Assembly: GCA_002429485.1 (NCBI GenBank)
Contig: DIZX01000016.1
Span: forward strand, 14,889 to 78,888
Direction: 5' to 3'
Length of the DNA: 64,000 nucleotides
DNA from: Patescibacteria group bacterium UBA6017
GTDB taxonomy: Bacteria > Patescibacteriota > Saccharimonadia > UBA4664
Both the position numbers and the translations under genes were made by a program. Shown piece after piece: positions 53,885-63,694 of this stretch. A model generated the notes under the pieces. That model worked only from the letters and a program-made list of their open reading frames with translations. It was not told the origin of the DNA and made no database searches. Positions within the stretch are counted from its first letter, which is position 1. Each line of letters starts with the position of its first letter.

Positions 53885-54265
53885 ATGTTTAAGCAAATTC
53901 ACGCATTCAGCGGTTTTTCGGTTGATAATTTAACCGCGGCCAAGGAGTTCTACGGCAAAACGCTCGGGCTTGAGGTGGAAGAAACACCCATGGGAGTCTA
54001 CCTCAAAGTAGCCGGCGGTAATCCCATTTTTGTGTACCCCAAAGACGACCATACTCCAGCCAGCTTCACGATTCTCAACTTCCCGGTTGAGGATATCGAT
54101 GCCGCGACTGAATGGCTGGCAAGCAAGGGAGTAACCTTCGAGCACTACGACAACATGACCGATGAAAAAGGTATTGCTCGAGGCATTTCTGCAAACCGTG
54201 GCCCCGACATTGCCTGGTTCAAGGATCCGGCCGGGAATATTCTGTCGGTACTGCAGGAGGGGTAA
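53885..54265 (+). CDS. VOC-family (glyoxalase/bleomycin-resistance fold) protein.
   Basis: Paired beta-alpha-beta-beta-beta modules. 126 aa. Confidence 0.6.
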   Translation: MFKQIHAFSGFSVDNLTAAKEFYGKTLGLEVEETPMGVYLKVAGGNPIFVYPKDDHTPASFTILNFPVEDIDAATEWLASKGVTFEHYDNMTDEKGIARGISANRGPDIAWFKDPAGNILSVLQEG

Positions 54266-54273
54266 GCCGCCGG

Positions 54274-56457
54274 CTACCGTCGCTTGTGCGAAAGTTTTGA
54301 TGGCCACCAGATGTTTCGCCCAATATCGTAAGACATTGCCGGGACCAGTAGTGAGCGCACGATTAGGGTGTCAAGCAGAACGCCGAACGATACAATGAAG
54401 GCAAGTTGTACCAAGAATAAGATCGGTATAATCGCCAGCGCCGCGAAGGTTGCCGCCAGTACTAGCCCCGCCGAGGTGATCACGCTGCCGGTAACACCCA
54501 GGCCGCGCAAAATGCCTGGCCTAGTCCCGATCTTGAATGATTCTTCCCGCACGCGAGTCATGAGGAAAATATTGTAATCAACACCTAGCGCCACCAGGAA
54601 AACGAAGCCAAATAGCGGCACAGTGGGGTCTGCCCCAGGGAAGTTGAAGACGTGATTGAAGACCAGCGCTGAAACTCCCATTGTGGCTGCAAAACTAATT
54701 ACTACGCTCAAAATCAGCAGTATCGGCGCCAGTACCGACCTCAAGAGCAACATTAATATTAGGAGAATCACTACCAGCACTATCGGGATTATCTTATAAA
54801 GATCGGCGCGAGCAGTGTCGTTACTATCAATGGCAATGGCGGTCACTCCTCCTACCGTCACGGCTGGGTCGGTGCCCGGCAATGATCTCCTCAAATTTCG
54901 GACTACCTGCTCGGCGGAGGCCGAGTCGGCTTGATCAATTAGGGTCGCATTGATGAGCACTTTGCCATCGACTACCCTTGGATCTGACCGAGTTAAGGCC
55001 GTTGGATTTCCGGAGCCGGCGTAGATGTAGGCCGCGCCAATTCCGGTAGTCGCCTGCACCGCCTTAAGTGTTTCCTGCGCCTTGGCCTGGTCGGCAATAA
55101 TTACTACCGGGCTCCCAGAGCCGGCATCGAAGTGATCAGCTAGTACTTTCTGACCATCAACCGCCTCGGACTTCGACAGAATCAGCGCGGTTTGCGAAAC
55201 GCCGGACGCCTTGAGCTGCGGCAACCCGAGTATGCAGCCAGCAAGTACCGCTAGCGCAAATAACCAGGTTAGTCGTGGCCTACGGGCGATCAGGCTACCG
55301 ATTCTACGCCATAGCCCGGGAGCCCCCTCGAGACCCGAAACTTCATTGTCTGTATCGGCGTGCGGGTGCTCGGGATTAACCTTGGGAGTCATGGGCCAAT
55401 AAGCTTTGCGGCCGAAAGCGTACAGCAGTGCCGGCAGCAAAGTCATGGCAGCGAGAAATGAGAACAATATGCCGATCGCAGCAATTGGGCCTAGGCTGCG
55501 GTTCGAATTCAGATCAGAGAAGAGCAGGCAAAGGAGGGCTAAGATCACCGTGGCAGCCGAGGCGGCAATCGGCTCAATCGAATTCTTTATGGCATGAATT
55601 ATCGCGACCCATTTATTCTCCACATGCTCGAGAGCCTCGCGATAACGAGCGGATAGCAGCAATGAGTAGTCCGTGGCAGCGCCGATCACCAAGATAGACA
55701 AAATACCCTGACTTTGCCCGTTAAGCTTGATCCATCCCCAACTAGCCATTGCGTACACTAGCAAGATTGCGGCAGTGAGGGCGAACATGGCCGTAAACAG
55801 CACTACGAATGGTAAAACGATCGAACGATAAACCAGCAATAGGATTATAAAGACGGCTCCGACCGCGACGAGCAGAAGGATGCCGTCAATCCCGCCAAAG
55901 GCAGTTATTAGGTCAGCCGAAAGTCCGGCCGGCCCGGTAACATAGCTGGCTGTACCTTCCGGAGCAGTATCCTTTGCGGTCCGGCGTAGTTCCTTCACAA
56001 CCGCACCGACTTTCTCGGTATTTGAGATAGGAACAATATATTCCACTGCTTTGCCATCCGCCGAAGGGATTGGCCCCGCTACAGCCGTGGACTGTCCGGA
56101 AGCTGGAGATTCGACTCCGCTAACAGTCCCGAGGCTAATACCTAGCTTTGCGAACTGTGATAACTGGGCGGAAGTAATCCGGGCGGGCGACTCGACGACT
56201 ACTATTGCCGGTATTGATTTAGAGGCTGCAAATTTAGCTTGGACTGCCTGAACCTTGGTGCTTTCAGCACTGGCCGGCAGGAACGAAGCTTGGTCATTAC
56301 TCGATACGGAGGACAACTTGCCGAAGGTTGGACCGCCTATTCCGGCAGCAATGAACCAGGCCACGATGATGACTGCGGGCAACAAGATTCTCGCCCATCG
56401 GGACGGCTGGCGTTCAGATGACGATTTGCTACGATTTGAATCTGAAGTTGTGGTCAT
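54274..56457 (-). CDS. MMPL-family (RND superfamily) membrane transporter, paralog 2.
   Basis: 727 aa, 12 TM helices with two large loops. Similar to 16287-18425. Confidence 0.8.
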   Translation of the reverse strand: MTTTSDSNRSKSSSERQPSRWARILLPAVIIVAWFIAAGIGGPTFGKLSSVSSNDQASFLPASAESTKVQAVQAKFAASKSIPAIVVVESPARITSAQLSQFAKLGISLGTVSGVESPASGQSTAVAGPIPSADGKAVEYIVPISNTEKVGAVVKELRRTAKDTAPEGTASYVTGPAGLSADLITAFGGIDGILLLVAVGAVFIILLLVYRSIVLPFVVLFTAMFALTAAILLVYAMASWGWIKLNGQSQGILSILVIGAATDYSLLLSARYREALEHVENKWVAIIHAIKNSIEPIAASAATVILALLCLLFSDLNSNRSLGPIAAIGILFSFLAAMTLLPALLYAFGRKAYWPMTPKVNPEHPHADTDNEVSGLEGAPGLWRRIGSLIARRPRLTWLFALAVLAGCILGLPQLKASGVSQTALILSKSEAVDGQKVLADHFDAGSGSPVVIIADQAKAQETLKAVQATTGIGAAYIYAGSGNPTALTRSDPRVVDGKVLINATLIDQADSASAEQVVRNLRRSLPGTDPAVTVGGVTAIAIDSNDTARADLYKIIPIVLVVILLILMLLLRSVLAPILLILSVVISFAATMGVSALVFNHVFNFPGADPTVPLFGFVFLVALGVDYNIFLMTRVREESFKIGTRPGILRGLGVTGSVITSAGLVLAATFAALAIIPILFLVQLAFIVSFGVLLDTLIVRSLLVPAMSYDIGRNIWWPSKLSHKRR

Positions 56458-56716
56458 GGCATCCTTTGGGAATTAGATGTGGCTAGAGTCTAATATTAGC
56501 CCAAGTCGCCTCCTGAAGTAAGCTGGTCCATCCCAGGAGAGACTAGTCGTCATTCGGCGGCTGCCGCCGCGTCGGGGTCGGAGTCGGAGAGGGGGCGGCT
56601 GTGGCTGCGGGCCTGGGGGTGGTTGGAGAGGGAGTGCTCTGAACCGTCTTTTTGGGTGTCGGAGTGGGTGCAGGCGGCGGGGGGTGATTACTTCGAAATC
56701 CTGGTAGGGTAGGGAA

Positions 56717-57550
56717 TTATAATGCTCTACCACAGCCACTACTCGGTACTGACCCGGTTGGCGAAACAGCGAGTGCCAAGCTCACCGCCCCGAGGACATA
56801 GACATTAAACGGCCAGCTCTGGATCTTGCCGGTTTGGCGGTTTGCGCCCTGGCCAAATGCCTCGGTGAGTACGTGAGACTCGGGCACGCCCTGCCGGTGC
56901 AAGTTTCCTGCCATTCCTTTCATGAACGGCGGCGGGCCGCAGATGTAGAACGCCTTAACCACTAACATGCCCCTTACCACTCGGTCAATCAGCTCCGGCG
57001 ATATGAACCCGGTCGTCACCAGTTGGCCCTGCAGCCTATCTGTCGCCCCTTGACCAATCACGAACACCACTCGGAAATTAGGGTTCACACTGCTGAGCCG
57101 TTTAAGCTCATCAACGAAGGGAATATCGTCTTGATTTCGGCAACTATATACGAGCGTGACAGTGTTTGAGGCCTCAATCTTAGTGAGATACCGAATCATG
57201 CTGATGAACGGCGTGATACCGATGCCTCCAGCCAGAAATACTGCCTCGGAGTCCCGAGCCTGGTCGAATACAAATCCGCCAAACGGACCGCGGACCGCTA
57301 CATCATCACCGGGCATAATCCGGCTCAGAGCACCGGTGTAGTGACCACCATTGCGGATACTAAATTGGAGCAGCCCCGCTTCGGTTGGTGAACTAACTAT
57401 CGAAAAGCACCGAGCAGCCGAGGGGCGAGCCCCCTGATAGAAATTAATCGCCGCATACTGTCCCGGCACAAACGCAAATGGACGTTCATCATCGCCAAGA
57501 CGGAGAGTCAACAGACTCGTCGATGGTGTCAGGGCCTCATTTGAGACCAC
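56717..57550 (-). CDS. FNR-like FAD/NAD(P)-binding oxidoreductase.
   Basis: FAD motif RCFSIVSSP. GPFGGF. NAD(P) motif VFLAGGIGITPFISM. Confidence 0.65.
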   Translation of the reverse strand: MVSNEALTPSTSLLTLRLGDDERPFAFVPGQYAAINFYQGARPSAARCFSIVSSPTEAGLLQFSIRNGGHYTGALSRIMPGDDVAVRGPFGGFVFDQARDSEAVFLAGGIGITPFISMIRYLTKIEASNTVTLVYSCRNQDDIPFVDELKRLSSVNPNFRVVFVIGQGATDRLQGQLVTTGFISPELIDRVVRGMLVVKAFYICGPPPFMKGMAGNLHRQGVPESHVLTEAFGQGANRQTGKIQSWPFNVYVLGAVSLALAVSPTGSVPSSGCGRAL

Positions 57551-57770
57551 CGTGTACTTGTGTATATGTCGGACATTATATCATCCAAGCCGGTAGGGTT
57601 TGAGGCTCTCAGACTCTAATTGAACCAATAATATGTGTTTATAATGGCTGGGTTTTGACGTTGAGAATCCGTTTTTTACTTAAGCCAACAGATATGCAGC
57701 GTCTTGCTAAATCCAGATAGCAACAGCATAATAATCTCGTCCTAGTAGTTCTGAAGTTCTTTGAAACGGA

Positions 57771-59237
57771 GTGCTGATGCCCAAGAGTCACGACCCGCGG
57801 ATCGCGGCCGAGCTCGCTCGTCCCGGTTCCCTAGCAATGCCAGGTTTTCTCGCAATGGTCGCTGCCTACGAAGCGCTCGCAGCCGGCATCGACGGCGGAG
57901 TGAAGTTGGCTGGGCATTTCAACTCCCCAGACAAACAATCGGTCCTGCGCCTGTACGCCGACATGGCGATCACGGCAGCATCGCCGTGGAACACGTTCAT
58001 CGGCAACCCCGCTGCTCAGAGGGAGGCGTTCCGCACCAGCGGTGGCTCACTTATCAACGGGCTCGTCAACTTCTGGACCGACGCCAGGCACCACAATGGG
58101 TTCCCGCTTCTTTCGGACGGATCGTTCGAAGTTGGCGTGAACAGCGGTGACACTCCGGGGGATGTGGTCTTCAGCAATGGGCTCATCGAGCTCATTCTCT
58201 ACCGCCCCACAACCAAGAAGGTCCGAGCGGTTCCGCTGCTCGCGGTGCCTCCACCCATCGGCAAGCTCCCCATCATGGACCTTACCAAGGGGAAGAGCTG
58301 GATCCAGTTCATGGTGAACTCCGGCTACTCGGTTTACGCGATTAGCTGGGTCAACCCTGACAACTCGATGGGCGACATGTCCTTCGAGGACTACATCCTT
58401 AAGGGGGTAGTCGCAGCCTTGGAGGCCATCCCGGACCCCAAAGTCAACGTGGCTGCACTTTGCCTCGGCGGGACCATGGCCGCCATCACGGCAGCACTCA
58501 AGGGCAAGGTTAACACCGCCTCATTCTTCGTTACCTACACCGACTTCAGTGGCAACACCGGGCCGATGGGAGCGATGATCACCGACAAGGCTCTGGGCAA
58601 GATGAGCGCCAAGAACCCCTACAACGAGGTCGTAACGGCGAAGCAGATGAGAGATGCCTTTCGGGCTCTGAACATGCTTGAGCTCTTCTGGGGTCCGGCT
58701 GTCCAGCAATGGCTCCTCGGCCAGAAGCCCGGCCCATCAGCCCTCCTCGACTGGAATGCTGACGGAACCAATCTCTTCGCCAAGATGCACCTCCAGTACT
58801 TGAGGGCGTGCTATCTCGACAATCTCTTCGCGAAGCGCAAGCTCGTGATCGGCGGCCAGACCATCGGTATTTCGGACATCGACGTCGACACCTACTGGGT
58901 TGGCGGCGAGCTCGATCACATCGTGAAGTGGGGCAGCTGCTTCTTCGGGGCCTCTCAAACGAGCGGCGATCGTCGGCTGGTCCTCGCCCCTCGTGGGCAT
59001 CTCGGCTCTATCGTCGACCCACCCTCGGACAGGGCGTCTTACCTGGTAGGGCCATCCACTTACACCGATGACGCGTCGTGGAAGGCGAACGCGGTCAAGG
59101 TCTCGGGATCATCTTGGTGGGCTGATCACGCAAACTGGCTGGAGCCACGCTCCGGACCACTCGTTGATGCACCTATCCTGGACCCGGCCGACATTCTGTA
59201 CGCCGCCCCCGGCAAGAATGTCTTGGTCAAGGCCTAG
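57771..59237 (+). CDS. PhaC-like alpha/beta hydrolase (polyhydroxyalkanoate-synthase-type lipase box).
   Basis: Lipase box with Cys nucleophile ALCLGGTMAA (G-x-C-x-G-G). Alpha/beta-hydrolase length of 488 aa. The N-terminal start is uncertain. Confidence 0.5.
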   Translation: MLMPKSHDPRIAAELARPGSLAMPGFLAMVAAYEALAAGIDGGVKLAGHFNSPDKQSVLRLYADMAITAASPWNTFIGNPAAQREAFRTSGGSLINGLVNFWTDARHHNGFPLLSDGSFEVGVNSGDTPGDVVFSNGLIELILYRPTTKKVRAVPLLAVPPPIGKLPIMDLTKGKSWIQFMVNSGYSVYAISWVNPDNSMGDMSFEDYILKGVVAALEAIPDPKVNVAALCLGGTMAAITAALKGKVNTASFFVTYTDFSGNTGPMGAMITDKALGKMSAKNPYNEVVTAKQMRDAFRALNMLELFWGPAVQQWLLGQKPGPSALLDWNADGTNLFAKMHLQYLRACYLDNLFAKRKLVIGGQTIGISDIDVDTYWVGGELDHIVKWGSCFFGASQTSGDRRLVLAPRGHLGSIVDPPSDRASYLVGPSTYTDDASWKANAVKVSGSSWWADHANWLEPRSGPLVDAPILDPADILYAAPGKNVLVKA

Positions 59238-59401
59238 GCAACACAGTTACACCCATGGGGTGAGTGGGGTCCGCCCGGACTCCACTCACCCCATCTTTCT
59301 TTGGTACGAGATCACAGGCGATGATAAACATAAGTGTTATAATCAACAAAATTCTTAATTGCCGCCGAGGAGAGACCAGCCCTTCGGTAGCCAGGGAAAA
59401 T

Positions 59402-60811
59402 ATGAATCAGCATACCTCTTCGTCCAGGCCCATCCGCTCTGCCCTGCAGCACCTCATGATCCGCGACGTTCCGTCGTACGCCAATCGGTTCGCTTACTCG
59501 CTCGGTTTCCTTTCAGCTATTTCATTCCTTCTACTGGTGATCACGGGTATCATCATGGCCGCCGCGGGGCCGCACTGGTGGATCGCCAGTCCCTTGGGCC
59601 AGTATTTGCGCAGCTTCCATCTCTGGGCTACCCAAGCATTTGTGGTGTTTATCTTGCTGCATTTGACGATCGTTCTTCTGACCTCGGGGTATAAAGGCGC
59701 TCGTAAGTTCACCTGGGTGCTGGGCGTTTTCATGTTCTTGTTTGCCTTGGCCGAAGCCGAATTTGGCTATGTTTTGCGCGGTGATTTCTCGTCGCAGTAT
59801 CGCAGCCTGCAGGGAGCTGACCTGTACAACGGCAGCGGCATCGGGTGGGTGCTTAATAATCTCAATACCGGCCAAGTCATGGGCATCCATATCGCCGTTT
59901 TGCCGTTGACGTTAATTGCCCTCATACTTGCCCACTACTTCTTGGTCCGTGTTCTGGGCATTGGTAAACCCTCACCGTCCGCCGACGCCTACCCCGTAGT
60001 CAAGGCCAACCACGCCCTCTTGTTTTGGCGGGGCGGAACGGTGGTTGCGCTCGTAGCTTTGCTGGCGGTCGTGTTCCCTTCCCCGTACTTGTCACCGCTG
60101 ACGATCAGTAAGATTGCAAAGGATGACCCGACGCTGATTTCACAGACTCTCGTCAAGGAATTTGACGGTTCGTCGGACACAGCAACCTACGTAAACAATA
60201 TCGCCCCCTACACTTTTAACTCTCAGAGCGTATTCATCCAAACCCCGTACAATCAGCTTAAGGCGACTCAGTCCACCCCCAACCAGCTGACCTTGTTCCA
60301 GGCGGAGCCAGCCGAGCTGCAAAAAACACAACTTGAAGCTGCCACGGCATTTTATGCCAGCGACCCGGTAAGCAAGGTCCTTCCCAAGGGCAATTACGCA
60401 ATCGCAGTCGTCGATAGTCTTACTAATATGGCCCAAAGCGGCCTGTACGAAGCGGCCCTGCGCGATAATAACGGCACGGGATACCAGACAACCTACGTAG
60501 TTCGGTTCCTCGCCGATACGGGAATCCCCGACGAAACCGCAACCAGCTTAAGGATGACGACCGATCAATACGGTATGGTGCGCGAGGAAGCCAACAGCCC
60601 GACACCGGGCGCGTGGTGGCTTGCACCCATCGGGCTGCTCAATCACACCGTTTTGGCCAAAGATGAGGACAATGGAGACCGCGACGGCGCCATCATTATC
60701 GGTACCAGCTTGCTCCTGTTGCTCGCCTTCCCTTTCATTCCGTTCGTCAACCGTCTACCCGAACTTCTTCGAATCTATAAGCTGATCTGGCTCAAGCCAC
60801 GCTCGAAGTAA
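59402..60811 (+). CDS. Cytochrome-b-like di-haem membrane domain fused to a large extracytoplasmic domain.
   Basis: TM helices with conserved His pairs (FHLWATQAFVVFILLHLTIVL, GIHIAVLPLTLIALILAHYF). Start placed at the ATG at 59402 (MNQHTSS...). Confidence 0.5.
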   Translation: MNQHTSSSRPIRSALQHLMIRDVPSYANRFAYSLGFLSAISFLLLVITGIIMAAAGPHWWIASPLGQYLRSFHLWATQAFVVFILLHLTIVLLTSGYKGARKFTWVLGVFMFLFALAEAEFGYVLRGDFSSQYRSLQGADLYNGSGIGWVLNNLNTGQVMGIHIAVLPLTLIALILAHYFLVRVLGIGKPSPSADAYPVVKANHALLFWRGGTVVALVALLAVVFPSPYLSPLTISKIAKDDPTLISQTLVKEFDGSSDTATYVNNIAPYTFNSQSVFIQTPYNQLKATQSTPNQLTLFQAEPAELQKTQLEAATAFYASDPVSKVLPKGNYAIAVVDSLTNMAQSGLYEAALRDNNGTGYQTTYVVRFLADTGIPDETATSLRMTTDQYGMVREEANSPTPGAWWLAPIGLLNHTVLAKDEDNGDRDGAIIIGTSLLLLLAFPFIPFVNRLPELLRIYKLIWLKPRSK

Positions 60812-60896
60812 TCGCTGACGCCCCAACGATATTGGACGCGAACATATCTACGCTCATTCTCATCCAATTCTAAGTAAAGGGGAGTACATTTGCATC

Positions 60897-61337
60897 ATGA
60901 AAAAACTCTTACTAGGTGCATTTGTAGTCGGAAGCTATATCTTATATAGCATCCATCAGCGAGGCGACGGCTCATCTGCCGTAGTGCCGCCATCGATTCA
61001 ATCGACACCACCGGCATCCAGCTCAAACTCGACTCCAACCAGTACCGTTGCCTATAAAGACGGCCAGTATACCGGGCAGGCCGCTGATGCCTATTACGGC
61101 AACATTCAGGTGAAGGTCACCATTTCGGGGGGCAAGCTGTCTAATGTCGAATTCTTGCAGTACCCGAATGACCGCTCGACCTCGGTGCGTATCAACTCAC
61201 AGGCTATGCCCTACCTCAAGCAAGAGGCCATACAGGCTCAAAGCGCGAGCGTAGATGGTGTTTCGGGTGCCACCGACACCAGCCAGGCCTTCATTCAATC
61301 ACTAACGTCGGCCCTCAAGACCGCTCAATCAGCTTGA
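60897..61337 (+). CDS. FMN-binding domain protein (membrane-anchored, NqrC/RnfG-like module).
   Basis: N-terminal TM helix. YKDGQYTG...VDGVSGATDTSQAF, the FMN_bind motif whose Thr is normally flavinylated. Confidence 0.65.
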   Translation: MKKLLLGAFVVGSYILYSIHQRGDGSSAVVPPSIQSTPPASSSNSTPTSTVAYKDGQYTGQAADAYYGNIQVKVTISGGKLSNVEFLQYPNDRSTSVRINSQAMPYLKQEAIQAQSASVDGVSGATDTSQAFIQSLTSALKTAQSA

Positions 61338-62077
61338 AACAGACCCGCCAATTGATGGGCATGCCGGTGACCCTCATTATCGAAGATAATATTGCTTCAC
61401 CCGATATATTTGATCAAGCCTACGCTTATTTTTCCTCGGTCGATGAGACATATAGCCCCTATAAATCGTCCAGCGAGGTGTCGCGGATAAATGCCGGGTT
61501 GGCCGAATCCAATCGTAGCCCTGGGATGCAGGAAATAATGCGGTTATGCAAGGACACCTCAACGGCCACCAACGGCTATTTTGACGCCTGGCACCAAGGC
61601 AAGTTTGACCCGTCGGGGCTCGTTAAGGGCTGGGCGATAAATAATTCAGCCAAGCTGCTCCGCGGCCTCGGCTGTCGCAATTATTATGTTGAAGCGGGGG
61701 GTGATATTCAGGTAAGCGGCTTAAATGCGGCCGGTGAGCCCTGGCAAATCGGCATCCGCAATCCGTTTGACCGCCAGCAGAACGTCAAGGTCTTATCGGT
61801 AACCACACAGGGTATAGCCACATCCGGACTCTATATCCGGGGGGAGCATATCTATAATCCGCTCAATGATGGGGCGCCTTTGAAAGACGTAGCCTCTTTG
61901 ACGGTGATCGGCCCAAATATTTACGAGGCCGACCGATTCGCGACCGCCGCCTTTGCGATGGGCGCCGGTGGTATCCGGTTTATTGATGCACTGCCGGGCT
62001 TTGAGGCGTATATGATAGATAATGCCGGCGTGGCTACCCTCACCCGGGGTTTTGAAAGGTACGTGAAGAGCGAATGA
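61334..62077 (+). CDS. ApbE-family FAD:protein FMN transferase.
   Basis: MGMPVTLII N-terminus. FDPSGLVKGWA. C-terminal metal motif (ATSGLY...DRFATAAF). Overlaps both flanking genes. Confidence 0.7.
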   Translation: MKQTRQLMGMPVTLIIEDNIASPDIFDQAYAYFSSVDETYSPYKSSSEVSRINAGLAESNRSPGMQEIMRLCKDTSTATNGYFDAWHQGKFDPSGLVKGWAINNSAKLLRGLGCRNYYVEAGGDIQVSGLNAAGEPWQIGIRNPFDRQQNVKVLSVTTQGIATSGLYIRGEHIYNPLNDGAPLKDVASLTVIGPNIYEADRFATAAFAMGAGGIRFIDALPGFEAYMIDNAGVATLTRGFERYVKSE

Positions 62078-63591
62078 TGAATTATATCGACAGTCGACTT
62101 GACCGTATCACTATGTACCGCTTATTGGTGCTATACCTGGAGGTGCTGCTGGGTGCCGCTATGCTGCTGAGCGCCCTGGGGTTCCTGTCGTTCAACCCGC
62201 TGTCCATTGCCTTTTCCGCCGGGTTTCTAGTCGGAATCTGCCTGCTTGCGAACCGGATTTTTGCTTCGGTATTTAATGCGCCCGCCAACCCCGAGTCATC
62301 ACTGATTACTGCCCTGATTCTGGCGTTGATTATCACCCCGCCGGCCAGTATTCAAGGCTACGTCTTTTTGACGGCTGCCGCCGGGCTCGCGATCGCCTCA
62401 AAGTATCTCCTGACAATCCGCGGACGGCACATCTTCAATCCGGCTGCTGTCGCGGTGGCGCTTACCGCAATCGCGGCCGGTGAGTCTGCCAGCTGGTGGG
62501 TGGGCAGCGCAGTGCTTGCCCCGGTAGTGATCATTGGCGGCCTCATGCTGATTCGAAAAGTCCGGCGCGGCCAGATGGTGGCATCCTTTGTTCTTACCGC
62601 AATCGCCGCAACGGCCGCATTCGCCCTACTGGGCCATGGTGATATTGTCGGCGCCATCCAAAAAACCTTCCTGCAATCATCTCTGCTCTTCTTGGCCTTC
62701 GTAATGCTTACCGAACCCCTAACGTCGCCCGCGCGTCTGCATCAACAGCGTTGGTACGGCATGCTCACCGGCCTCCTTTTCCCGCCCCAAGTCCATATCC
62801 TTTCCCTCTATTCCACGCCCGAGCTAGTGCTATTGGTCGGTAACGTTTACGCCTATTTCGTTAATCCCAAGGTTAAGTTGGTACCTAGACTATTGAAGAA
62901 AATTGCCTGGGGTCCAAATACGGCTGATTTCGTCTTTGCTCTCGATCAACCGATTACATATGAGCCAGGCCAATATATGGAGTTTACTTTGCCGCACGAG
63001 AAGCCAGACCAACGGGGGAGTCGGCGCTACTTCACCGTTGCCTCTTCCCCGACCGAAGATACCCTCAGGCTAGGCGTAAAATTTTATCCCCAAGGCAGTA
63101 CCTACAAGCGGGCCCTCCTCACGATGACCAAGGCCACTCCCTTTGCCGCAGCACAGTTGGGTGGCGACTTCGTGCTCCCCGACGACCCTACCCGCAAACT
63201 TGCCTTCATCGCCGGGGGTATTGGCGTCACGCCGTTTAGAAGCATGATTAAATATCTGACCGATACCAACGACCCCAGATCTGTCATTATGCTGTATTCC
63301 GAACGCACAGCGTCCGATCTGGCTTACATTGACGTATTTGCGGCCGCTCAGACCAATCCCGAGACCAAGATCGTCTACGCAATTACCGATGCAGCCGCTG
63401 CCGTGCCCGCCGGGATGCATTCCGGGTCGATTACGCCAGCCTTCATCCAGGCCGAAATACCCGATTACCATGAACGATTATTCTACATATCTGGCCCTCA
63501 CACCATGGTGACTGCTATGAAGGCTGCCTTGAGCGCCCTGGGCGTACCGGATCATAATATCAAGATTGATTTCTTCCCAGGCTACGCCTAA
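62074..63591 (+). CDS. Polytopic membrane domain fused to an FNR-like FAD/NAD(P)-binding reductase domain.
   Basis: About 250 aa with 6-8 TM helices, then RRYFTVASSP (FAD), GGDFVLP, and IAGGIGVTPFRSM (NAD). Paralogous to 56717-57550. Confidence 0.65.
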   Translation: MMNYIDSRLDRITMYRLLVLYLEVLLGAAMLLSALGFLSFNPLSIAFSAGFLVGICLLANRIFASVFNAPANPESSLITALILALIITPPASIQGYVFLTAAAGLAIASKYLLTIRGRHIFNPAAVAVALTAIAAGESASWWVGSAVLAPVVIIGGLMLIRKVRRGQMVASFVLTAIAATAAFALLGHGDIVGAIQKTFLQSSLLFLAFVMLTEPLTSPARLHQQRWYGMLTGLLFPPQVHILSLYSTPELVLLVGNVYAYFVNPKVKLVPRLLKKIAWGPNTADFVFALDQPITYEPGQYMEFTLPHEKPDQRGSRRYFTVASSPTEDTLRLGVKFYPQGSTYKRALLTMTKATPFAAAQLGGDFVLPDDPTRKLAFIAGGIGVTPFRSMIKYLTDTNDPRSVIMLYSERTASDLAYIDVFAAAQTNPETKIVYAITDAAAAVPAGMHSGSITPAFIQAEIPDYHERLFYISGPHTMVTAMKAALSALGVPDHNIKIDFFPGYA

Positions 63592-63694
63592 TTTCTGCAT
63601 TGCCTTCCTACCGAGCATCACAGAACAAACTATTTACATAAGACATAGTTGATGGTTTAATTTAACTACGCATCCACTGACCAAGGAGGTTGTT

